A stretch of 64,000 nt of DNA, from IMG/VR virus record IMGVR_UViG_3300024272_002379, one strand, 5' to 3'. This stretch comes from a virus. Lineage: Duplodnaviria > Caudoviricetes. The position numbers were made by a program, and so were the translations under genes. Below, piece after piece: positions 29,117-37,661 of this stretch (position 1 is its first letter; every line of letters begins with the position of its first letter). The notes below the pieces were generated by a model. It had not been told where the DNA came from, did not search any database, and saw only the letters and a program-made list of their open reading frames with translations.

Positions 29117-29872
29117 ATGAAAAAACATCTTTATACAGTACTGACCTTTATGGTCATTCTCGTAATATGGTACAATGCATCATTGATTGCAAATCCATTA
29201 TTCATTCCTAATCCACTAGCAGTGTGGAATGATTTTAAAATACTTGTATCAGATGGCTCTATCTTTATTCATCTTATTTATACCTTCAGGAGAATTATGG
29301 TTGCTACATGCTTATCAGGACTTGTCGCACTACCGTTAGGGTTATTGGTGCGTAATTTCAAAATAGCAAAAGCAACCATTTATCCTGTAATTATGCTATT
29401 ACGTTATATACCTGTAACAGCATTCTATCCATTGCTTATTATGTGGGTTGGTATTGAAGAGGAAATGAAAGTAGCTTTTCTGTTTATCGCATGTTTTGTT
29501 TACATGCTCCCATCAGTAGTTCTTGCTCTTGATGAAGTAAACGACCAGCTTATTGATACAGGATTGACTATTGGAATGAGTAAATTACAAACTATCACCA
29601 GAATTCAATTACCATCTACATTACCTAGTATTATGAACAGTTTTGTTATGATGGTTGGTATTGGCTGGACATATTGTGCAGTAGTAGAAACAATCAATGC
29701 CAAATATGGATTAGGCTACGTAATCCATCAGGCAACCGCTAGAGGTAAAACTGATTTGGTATTCATGGCTATTATTGCCATTATGATTGTTAGCTTTGTG
29801 TTTGATAACACTTGTAAATTTTTAATCCATAAGGTATTTAAATGGAGGTACGTTAATGATAAAACTAAATAA
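29117..29872 (+). CDS. ABC transporter permease (NitT/TauT/SsuC family)
   Basis: Multiple TM helices; LRYIPVTAFYPLLIMWVGI; EAA-like loop. Confidence 0.88.
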   Translation: MKKHLYTVLTFMVILVIWYNASLIANPLFIPNPLAVWNDFKILVSDGSIFIHLIYTFRRIMVATCLSGLVALPLGLLVRNFKIAKATIYPVIMLLRYIPVTAFYPLLIMWVGIEEEMKVAFLFIACFVYMLPSVVLALDEVNDQLIDTGLTIGMSKLQTITRIQLPSTLPSIMNSFVMMVGIGWTYCAVVETINAKYGLGYVIHQATARGKTDLVFMAIIAIMIVSFVFDNTCKFLIHKVFKWRYVNDKTK

Positions 29873-30452
29873 TGTATCAATAGGCTACAATTGTCTTGCA
29901 ATTCGGAAAGATTTAAATTATAATTTCCATCAAGGTAAGATTTATGGAATCTTAGGAGAATCAGGTTGTGGCAAGACAACATTGTTAAAGACCATTGCTG
30001 GATTAATAAGACCCGTGAAAGGCTCAATAAGATGTGATATTCCTAAAAGAGAAATTTACATGATGCACCAGTCTTACACATGTTTTGATTGGTTATCATG
30101 CTTAGATAATATCTTGATAACGGAACGCATCAAACATCATAAAATTACGGACGAAATTAGAAATAAAGCAATGGAAATGCTTAAGGCTGTTGGTCTTGAA
30201 GACCATGCAGACAAATACCCAACACAGTTATCTGGCGGACAGAGACAAAGATTAGCGTTAGCACGCACGCTATTCACTTCACCTAGACTGATTTTAATGG
30301 ATGAACCATTATCAGCATTAGATGAAGAAACCCGTACAGCAATGCAGGATTTAATCCTGGATATACATAAGAAAACCTATAACACAATCATCATGATTAC
30401 ACATAGCAAATCCGAAGCGGATAAAATGTGTGATGAGATTATTAACTTTTAA
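29856..30452 (+). CDS. ABC transporter ATP-binding protein
   Basis: GESGCGKT, LSGGQRQR, LMDEP, H-loop. Confidence 0.92.
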   Translation: MIKLNNVSIGYNCLAIRKDLNYNFHQGKIYGILGESGCGKTTLLKTIAGLIRPVKGSIRCDIPKREIYMMHQSYTCFDWLSCLDNILITERIKHHKITDEIRNKAMEMLKAVGLEDHADKYPTQLSGGQRQRLALARTLFTSPRLILMDEPLSALDEETRTAMQDLILDIHKKTYNTIIMITHSKSEADKMCDEIINF

Positions 30453-30466
30453 GGGAGGACAAAACA

Positions 30467-31015
30467 ATGGCTAGTTTTCTTGAAAGAATGGGCTTAGTTG
30501 AAAAAACTGAAGAAGAAACATTCGACTACGAACCAACTGAATATGAAGTAGAAACAGATGAATCTGTTGATGTAAACCTTGAAGGAGTATCCAAAGAAAA
30601 TTTACAGACAAATCTGATTTCTGAAATTTACAATGCGAATGGACTGTCTGATATGTCTAATTCTATTTTTAAAGCAGAAGAAATCAGCAAGAGTTTACCA
30701 GCTACAATGACAACTGAAGCAAAGAAAGCTTCTGTAGTAGGTATTCTTGGTTCATTCGGTCTTACAGTCGAAGGATTAATCGAAGATGCATCCACAAGAG
30801 CATTTATGCTCGGAGGAGCAGCAACACGTATTACAGAAGATAATACAGCAGTTATTAACGCAAAGAAATTAGAAATCGAAGAAGCGAAAAAGCTTATCGA
30901 ACAGTGCGAAAAGACAATCGCAGAACATGAACAGGTTATCGCTACATCCATGGATTTAATCGAGGATGAAGTAAAGCGTATCACTGGTCTTAAAGAATTT
31001 TTAGGAGGTAAGTAA
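30467..31015 (+). CDS. coiled-coil hypothetical protein in ABC/PspA operon
   Basis: GGGAGG SD; C-terminal coiled coil. Confidence 0.75.
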   Translation: MASFLERMGLVEKTEEETFDYEPTEYEVETDESVDVNLEGVSKENLQTNLISEIYNANGLSDMSNSIFKAEEISKSLPATMTTEAKKASVVGILGSFGLTVEGLIEDASTRAFMLGGAATRITEDNTAVINAKKLEIEEAKKLIEQCEKTIAEHEQVIATSMDLIEDEVKRITGLKEFLGGK

Positions 31016-31017
31016 TT

Positions 31018-31764
31018 ATGATTACTTTAACACAGATGATTTATGCTACCATAATCATTATTGTGGTAGTGGCATTAATTGTTTCAGGCAAATTACGTGC
31101 ATTAGGTAAGGCGTTTCTTAATCTTTTCGTGGAAGATTTAGCGGCATCTCCAGAAGGAGCTGAGGCTTTATTTAACCAGAAAATTGAAGAAGTTGAAGAT
31201 AAGTATCGTAAGGCTAACGATGTTTTCTCAAGAATCGCTGGTGAACGTACAAACTGCAAGAAACAGGTAGAGAATTTAAACGCTAGATTAAAAAGAGTAG
31301 AGTCTGTTTGTGAACAGTTAGCTCAGGCTCAGGATGTAGAAAGTTTAAAAATTAAAGCTTCTGAACGTGCAGAAATCGTAGAAGAAATTAAGCTTCATGA
31401 AGAAACATTAGTAACACTTGAAGCTGCATTAAAAGACGCAACTGAAGCAAGAAATGCTTGCGAAGAAAATCTTAACGAGCTGAGAAAACAGAAGAAACAG
31501 GTTGTTACAAAGATGAAACGTAACAGAGATATGAAGGCAGTTTATGATGACCTTAATGGCATCGGTGCTGGTGACCATACTTCTAAATTACTTGATAAAG
31601 TAATTGAAAGAGGTACTGATTTAAACAATCTCGTTACAGGTTCCAAAGAGGCTTATGATTCTAAGACCTCTACAAAATCAAGAAAGATTGACCAGAAACT
31701 CAGTGCTTCTGAAAACGATGCATATGTTCAAAGTTTACTGGGCAAGTACAGCAAAAAGTCATAA
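31018..31764 (+). CDS. PspA/IM30-like coiled-coil protein with N-terminal TM
   Basis: TM helix followed by a long coiled coil typical of the PspA family. Confidence 0.6.
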   Translation: MITLTQMIYATIIIIVVVALIVSGKLRALGKAFLNLFVEDLAASPEGAEALFNQKIEEVEDKYRKANDVFSRIAGERTNCKKQVENLNARLKRVESVCEQLAQAQDVESLKIKASERAEIVEEIKLHEETLVTLEAALKDATEARNACEENLNELRKQKKQVVTKMKRNRDMKAVYDDLNGIGAGDHTSKLLDKVIERGTDLNNLVTGSKEAYDSKTSTKSRKIDQKLSASENDAYVQSLLGKYSKKS

Positions 31765-31782
31765 CATCAGGAGGGAATTATT

Positions 31783-33378
31783 ATGAAACAGTACAGAATT
31801 ACAGGTAAGGCAAAAATTTTAATCATTGTCTTTGTTATTGTAGTATTGGCAGGACTTATCGGCGGTGGCTTAAAAACAGGCCTTATCAAAAACGACATCA
31901 AAGATGGTGGTAGTAATACAGTAGTATCTCAGGACAGCAATACAGGTTCTAACAAAAAAGAAGAATCTAATGCTACAGTAAAACCAGAAGTAACAGATAC
32001 AATTAACCTCTCATTAGATGAGTGGATTGGTTGGAAATCTATTGTAGATGCTAATGGTGATTTAACAACAGATGCAGAAGAAGCTTTTGCTTTAATGGGT
32101 ATCAATGTAAACATTCATGTTATGAATGATGCCACACAGTCAAGTAATGCATTAATCAAAGGTGATTTGGATGCTGCTGGTTATACAATCAACAGAACTG
32201 CATTCTTATCTTCTAAGTTTAAAAATGCTGGCGTAGATGTTGTAATGCCATTCATTACTAACTATTCTAACGGCGGTGACGGTATTATCGCAAAATCAAG
32301 TATCAAATCAGTTAATGACTTAGTTGGTGCTAAAATCGGTGTACCAGAATTCTCTGAGGCTCAGACATTAGTTGTTTGGTTTGTAAACAATTCTAACTTA
32401 ACTCAGGCAGAAAAAGATACAATTATCGACAATCTTATTATGTTTGCAACTCCAGATGAAGCCGCTAAAGCGTTCTTCTCAGGACAGGTTGATGTAGCTG
32501 CTACATGGGAACCATATTTAACACAGGCTGAAAATATGACAGATTGCCATATCTTATTTAGTACAGCAAGTTCTTCAAATCTTGTAATGGATGGTATCTT
32601 ATTCCGTAAGGATTTCGTAGATGCTAATCCAGAAACTGTAGAAAAATTCATTATGGCTTGTTTAATGGCTGCTGATAAATATGAAACAGATTTCGATGCA
32701 ATCAGAAAAGTTATGCCTATGTATTCTACAATGTCTGATGAAGACATTAAGGCAAACTGTGTTGCTGCTAAGTTAACAACATGGAAAGATAATGCTGATT
32801 TATTAAACGGAACTGCTAAGATTATGTACACAGACATGTGTGAAGTATGGCAGTCTATCGGTGAAGAAGTCGATGCAAGTATCGTAGATACTTTATTTGA
32901 TGATAAATACATTCAGAATATCGCTTTTAATTTCAGCAGTACAGATTCATCTTATGATACAGGTAAAACTCAGGTAACAGAAGAGAATAAACAGATTATT
33001 GCTGATACACAGGCATTACTTGGCGGTACAGCATCTGTAACATTCGAGAAGAATACAGCTAAATTCTCTGATTCTGCCGCTGCTTCTGCTGAACTTAATA
33101 AGTTTATTGAAATGGCAAAAGTACTTGACGGTGCTATTATCGAGATTGCTGGTAATACAGACCCAAATCCTAACAGCGACCCTCTCGATGAGTACAATAA
33201 GAAATTGTCTTCTCAGAGAGCTGAAGCTGTTAAGAATTACTTCATCATGAACGGTATTTCTGCTGATAGAATTGTTACGGTTGGTAACGGTTCAAGCAAT
33301 CCTATCGTTGATAACGATACAGAAGAGCATCGTGCAATGAATCGTCGTACAGACGTATCATTTAAAATTATTGAATAA
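31783..33378 (+). CDS. ABC substrate-binding protein (NMT1/SsuA-like) fused to C-terminal OmpA-like peptidoglycan-binding domain
   Basis: SNGGDGII...DVAATWEPY; IAGNTD...NKKLSSQRAEAVKNY...NRRTD. Confidence 0.85.
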   Translation: MKQYRITGKAKILIIVFVIVVLAGLIGGGLKTGLIKNDIKDGGSNTVVSQDSNTGSNKKEESNATVKPEVTDTINLSLDEWIGWKSIVDANGDLTTDAEEAFALMGINVNIHVMNDATQSSNALIKGDLDAAGYTINRTAFLSSKFKNAGVDVVMPFITNYSNGGDGIIAKSSIKSVNDLVGAKIGVPEFSEAQTLVVWFVNNSNLTQAEKDTIIDNLIMFATPDEAAKAFFSGQVDVAATWEPYLTQAENMTDCHILFSTASSSNLVMDGILFRKDFVDANPETVEKFIMACLMAADKYETDFDAIRKVMPMYSTMSDEDIKANCVAAKLTTWKDNADLLNGTAKIMYTDMCEVWQSIGEEVDASIVDTLFDDKYIQNIAFNFSSTDSSYDTGKTQVTEENKQIIADTQALLGGTASVTFEKNTAKFSDSAAASAELNKFIEMAKVLDGAIIEIAGNTDPNPNSDPLDEYNKKLSSQRAEAVKNYFIMNGISADRIVTVGNGSSNPIVDNDTEEHRAMNRRTDVSFKIIE

Positions 33379-33391
33379 TTGAATATTGTGT

Positions 33392-33424
33392 AAGACCCTA
33401 GTTAATAGCTAGGGTCTTTTTTAT
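33392..33424 (+). terminator. intrinsic terminator
   Basis: AAGACCCTAG/CTAGGGTCTT plus T-tract. Confidence 0.7.
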
Positions 33425-33439
33425 TGGAGGTGTGGTGGA

Positions 33440-33862
33440 TTGATAAAGAAAACTCAACCATATGAAAAGTTAGTGGATTATGTAAAGGACAATCCACAAA
33501 AAGGATTAACCATTCCACATACAGAAATTGAAACAATTATCGGAATTCCTTACAAAAGTAGCAGATACTCATATCATGTTACTAAGGCAAACGATAAATT
33601 AACACAGGTTTCATTAAGACTGGAACCAATTAACGGATTTGGTTACCGTATCATTCAGGATAATCAGTATGTTGACAGTATGCGTAAATCGTACAATATG
33701 GCAGTTAGAAACATTCAAAAAGCAAAATTCATTGCTGACAATACTGATGTTACAACTTTAAATGTTGGCGAACATATGGAATGGCATACTGTATCGCTAA
33801 AGATTAAGAACGCTCAAAGTGCATTAGATGCGATTTTACCAAAACCAACAAATATCCCATAG
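33440..33862 (+). CDS. winged-helix-like protein (candidate accessory gene of RAMP locus)
   Basis: TTG start with GGAGG SD; IPHTEIETIIGI...LRLEPINGFGYRII wing motif. Confidence 0.65.
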   Translation: MIKKTQPYEKLVDYVKDNPQKGLTIPHTEIETIIGIPYKSSRYSYHVTKANDKLTQVSLRLEPINGFGYRIIQDNQYVDSMRKSYNMAVRNIQKAKFIADNTDVTTLNVGEHMEWHTVSLKIKNAQSALDAILPKPTNIP

Positions 33863-33872
33863 GAGGGAACAA

Positions 33873-34334
33873 ATGGCAAACGAATATAATTATGATGCTG
33901 CGATAAAAGTAATTCTTGACGCATTTACAGTAGGAACAAATGTTACATATGAACAATTAGAAGTTGCAATGGGATTAAAATCTCCTATTACATCAGCAAC
34001 TCCTGCAAACAATTGTGCTCTTTCAAAACTTAAACGTCGTCTTAAAGAAGAACATGGCTTAGTTATGAAAAGTGCCAATGTAAAAGGTGGCGAAAACAAT
34101 TACTATGTCATTTCTAAAGTTAAAGATAATGTAATTAGCAAGAAAGAATCCAATTCAGATAAGGATTCTAATTATGAAGCTTTATCAAAAAACAATCAGA
34201 AACTCTACATGGAATTGGAAAATGCAAAAGCTGCTAACGCAGCATTACAGGAAAAATATATTGCATTGCAGGAAAAAGAACTGGAGTATATTACAATCAT
34301 CCAGTCTTTAATGGCTCTTGCAGGCATCGCATAG
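33873..34334 (+). CDS. winged-helix-like protein with C-terminal coiled coil
   Basis: VTYEQLEVAMGL...LKRRLKEEHGLVMKS...NYYVI. Confidence 0.65.
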   Translation: MANEYNYDAAIKVILDAFTVGTNVTYEQLEVAMGLKSPITSATPANNCALSKLKRRLKEEHGLVMKSANVKGGENNYYVISKVKDNVISKKESNSDKDSNYEALSKNNQKLYMELENAKAANAALQEKYIALQEKELEYITIIQSLMALAGIA

Positions 34335-34344
34335 GAGGTATTCT

Positions 34345-34845
34345 ATGGCAATAGTAGGAGAATGGATACCACAGTCTGGCTACAAAGGTAAAGCAGATGC
34401 AAACAAAGTAGCTTACGAAATTGAAACCATTGGAATCAGTAACACTACGGATGAGTTTAATACTCAGGAAATGGTAGATTATGCTCGTAATAATCCAGGG
34501 TCAGAATTACATAAGTTATTTGAATGGAACGATAGCGTTGCTGCTGAAGCATATCGAAATCAGCAAGCACGAGATATTTTACGTTTCTTAAAAATTACTG
34601 TTGTTGATGATACGACTCAGACTAAAAATCCTACATTAGTTAGGTATTTTGTTAGTACTGGTAATCATGATGGTATGTATAAGAAAACAGAACCTATATT
34701 CCAGAATGCTTCAGAAGCAGATAGGGTATTAGAAAATATGAGAAGAGACGCTGAAAACTTTATTAATAGATACAAAGCATATCTCAGTCTCAATCCAAAT
34801 TTATCTAACGCTATTACAGCTTTACAGGCAGTTGTTAATCCTTAA
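34345..34845 (+). CDS. conserved phage protein (LHxxFEWxDxxAAExYRxxQAR family), candidate accessory of RAMP locus
   Basis: MVDYARNNPGSELHKLFEWNDSVAAEAYRNQQARDILR; AGGAGG SD. Confidence 0.75.
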   Translation: MAIVGEWIPQSGYKGKADANKVAYEIETIGISNTTDEFNTQEMVDYARNNPGSELHKLFEWNDSVAAEAYRNQQARDILRFLKITVVDDTTQTKNPTLVRYFVSTGNHDGMYKKTEPIFQNASEADRVLENMRRDAENFINRYKAYLSLNPNLSNAITALQAVVNP

Positions 34846-34852
34846 GTTTTAT

Positions 34853-35567
34853 ACCTTGCTGTATATATATTGGCTTTAATTGGTCAATGAAAATACAACA
34901 AATTAGGACAAACCAATCCAGCAGAGAACATTATCAGCATACTACAGGACATAAGCAGGATAGGACATCACAAACGGCTCGTTAGAGCCTTTATATATAC
35001 AGCAAGGTTGTTGTATAAAGCTCATTATAGGACAGAATAGCTCATAGCAGATGATATCATTAAAATACATAATAACACAAAGTCTTTTATAATCTCTTAT
35101 ATGTATATCGACTTTAAATGCTTAGAGTCAATATACATGTAAGAGAGGACAGGACAACTCAGTGCATTTCTACCACAACAAATGACAATGTATAACAAAG
35201 CAGAGGGGCGATTTTCGCCCCATTTTTATGAATACATATATTGGCTTTAATGGTCAATAGAACAATACAGTGCAGAGCAGTATATAATAGCTCAGTTAAG
35301 AATACCATAGCATAACACAAATGGCTCTTAGAGCCTTTATATGTGTTCATAAATAGATATATTGACTTTAGCAGTCAATAAGCTCAAAAGACCGTAGAAC
35401 AGGACAGCTCATTACAAAGTAGTTCAGGTTAAAACAAGCGAAAACAAAGGCTCGTTAGAGTCAATGTATGTGTTTATGAAACACAAAAGCACAAAGACAG
35501 CATAATACATGTCAGTGCAACATAGGATATTACAAATCATTACAAAATCCTATTGAAAATCAATAGG
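34853..35567 (+). repeat. array of six 5-nt-periodic (NNNYA)n tracts separated by four conserved hairpin cassettes; candidate guide-RNA array
   Basis: Tracts at about 34891-34972, 35020-35079, 35147-35202, 35260-35319, 35382-35446, 35481-35544; cassette motif TATATTGRCTTTA...TTAGAGYC. Confidence 0.85.
35205..35228 (+). terminator. intrinsic terminator-like hairpin within the array
   Basis: GGGGCG-ATTTT-CGCCCC-ATTTTT. Confidence 0.6.
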
Positions 35568-35585
35568 TAGAAAGCGAGACGCATT

Positions 35586-36242
35586 ATGGCAGCTAAAGTT
35601 ACAGAAGAAGTAAAAGAGATTCAGAACAAAATTAATTTCGCTACAGCAACAATTACAATTGTTGGCGATAGTGACCTTATTCTTAACAAAATGAGAGATA
35701 GCACTACTCAGGAACTTGCAGATAAACAGGAAGGTAAAGTACAGGGTACAAAGAAACCTGTAAACATGTACGAGCATCTTGTTGGTTCCATTCATTGGCT
35801 CAAGGGAGAAGAAACAGACTATACAGAAGAAGGCTGGTTGAATGCATTAAAGAATAATGTTCCAGGTTATCCATCTTCAGGTATGAAGAAAGCATTATGT
35901 GATGCTGTTGTTCGTGTATTAGGCGAAACATATAGCACAAAGTTCAATGCTAACGTACAGATTCTTAATAGCTTCTTACCAATCGAATTTGGTTCAAGTG
36001 CTTATGATAAATCATTATTTAGCCCTCAGAAGGGTAGTCCAGTTCTTTGTTACAGAAATGTATTCAGAGATTGGAAAACAACATTTACAATTAAATATAT
36101 TCCAGACAATTATTCATTAGACCGTATCATCGAAGTTATTAACTGTGCAGGTTTTGCATGTGGTATCGGTAGCCACAGACCATCAAGTAAAGGTGGCTCC
36201 AACGGTATGTTCCACGTAGAATCCGTTATGGAAGTAGTTTAA
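35586..36242 (+). CDS. stand-alone RAMP/Cas7-like RRM-fold protein
   Basis: N-terminal strand TITIVGDSDLIL; PGYPSSGMKKAL helix; FRDWKTTFTI strand; C-terminal G-rich loop GFACGIGSHRPSSKGGSNGMFHV. Confidence 0.7.
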   Translation: MAAKVTEEVKEIQNKINFATATITIVGDSDLILNKMRDSTTQELADKQEGKVQGTKKPVNMYEHLVGSIHWLKGEETDYTEEGWLNALKNNVPGYPSSGMKKALCDAVVRVLGETYSTKFNANVQILNSFLPIEFGSSAYDKSLFSPQKGSPVLCYRNVFRDWKTTFTIKYIPDNYSLDRIIEVINCAGFACGIGSHRPSSKGGSNGMFHVESVMEVV

Positions 36243-36249
36243 GTACATA

Positions 36250-36980
36250 TGGGAAGGAAAACCCTATAATAAACCGCTAAGATGAAGGCAGACCAAGGCT
36301 GTTGCAGGACCTGAAAAGGCGTTCGCACTTAGATGTAATAAAAGCGAAGATTAGGAGACTCATATGCAAAACCCTGACATATGACATGGAGAAATACCGT
36401 TGAATGCAACCAGGTAGTTAAGATTTTATACCGACAGAAACGACCGTTACTGCGTAGCTCAAAGTCGGAAGTTTACTTAATTGAAATAAAAAACAAATAG
36501 AGAGCAAAGGTAACAGCTAAGATATTACGACCTCATGGGTGCCAACCACGCACACGAATCCGTATTAAATCTGACGTAGAGGCAAGTTCACTTAGATGCA
36601 ATCAAGAACTTTAGCGTGGGTGCTTCACAACTGCATAAATATTTTGAGAAGGAAAACTCGCTATCAAACCGCTAGGTTATGGGTCCCTTACCATGTTTAA
36701 AGACCTTGAACTCCTAGAGCGTAAGCATTTGTAACAAAAGTTTTAAAATTGAATAGTGGCTTTAGTGGTTTGATGGAAACCATCTCCCAGGAGGGGACTG
36801 GTGCGAATGAACCCAGGAGACAGGACTAACTCCTTACACCAGCGAGTCTTGAATTAGACCGCTCGGAGAAACGATGCCCAGCTAAGTTTTCAGAGGGATA
36901 AGGTATGCTTTGCAGGAAACCCTCGGTGCTGTTTGCCTATTTCTCCTACCAGGCTTCTTAGATGCAATAAAAAGACCGAT
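36250..36980 (+). ncRNA. structured ncRNA region with five tandem pseudoknot modules
   Basis: Covarying CTAAG/CTTAG, TTAAG/CTTAA and CTAGG/CCTAG pairs followed by TGNAAY-AAA. Confidence 0.6.
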
Positions 36981-37241
36981 AAAACAAAATAGGATATAGT
37001 TGGTAATATACGTAGTTTCGGGTTCGAGGAACCATTTTCTGTACCATCCACAGGAATAAACGAAGAGGAATTACAAGTACATTGGCGACAAGGTGTGCGA
37101 ACAAAGACGACCATTACAGTCATTCATGGTTAATCGTGTACAAAATGTATGAGAGTATCATATGCACTGCTCTCATACTACTTGTCGAACGAAATAAGTA
37201 TTGAAATATTTTTCAAATCTGTTACAATATATAACACATAT

Positions 37242-37313
37242 AGGGCTATCGCCAAGCGGTAAGGCACAGGATTTTGATTCCTGCATCCGTTGGTTCGAAT
37301 CCAACTAGCCCTG
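37242..37313 (+). tRNA. tRNA-Gln(UUG)
   Basis: GCCAAGCGGTAAGGC D-arm; CAGGA-TTTTGAT-TCCTG. Confidence 0.9.
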
Positions 37314-37398
37314 TTCATAGTGGTCAGTGTTAATGCACACTGTAAATAAAGTAGCCTCTCGATTGGCTTTCAATGGTCAGCTTTAACCACTATAACAT

Positions 37399-37573
37399 AC
37401 ACGGGTTGTCTGAGCTGGTGAGAGATGATATCTTATCAATAGGCCAGTGAACTAGGTGCCAACCACTCTGATTAGAGTAGGGACATGTGAAAGTTATAAG
37501 GGAAGGAACGCTGATACGTAGCATTGTTTTGGTAACTTGATGAGTAGTAGAGGTTCGATTCCTTGCCCGTGTG
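37399..37573 (+). ncRNA. tRNA-like RNA with a ~120-nt domain replacing the anticodon arm
   Basis: ACACGGG/CCCGTGT acceptor; GGTTCGATTCC T-loop; CTTATCAA/TTGATGAG internal stem. Confidence 0.55.
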
Positions 37574-37588
37574 TTAAAGACCAAGCAA

Positions 37589-37661
37589 AGGTAAGTAGCT
37601 CAGTTGGGAGAGCACCCTGCATTGAGCGGGGTCGTCGCAGGTTCGAGTCCTGCCTTGTCTT
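37589..37661 (+). tRNA. atypical tRNA (loop CATTGAG, nominal UUG anticodon without U33)
   Basis: TAGCTCAGTTGGGAGAGC D-arm, GCAGG-TTCGAGT-CCTGC T-arm, weak acceptor stem. Confidence 0.6.

Noticed and set aside
35159-35350. Minus-strand 63-aa ORF
   Set aside because: Shadow of the pentamer array; no SD and opposes local transcription
34853-35567. Classical CRISPR array
   Set aside because: No identical 25-40-nt direct repeats with regular spacers; the variable parts are 5-nt periodic and no core cas genes are present
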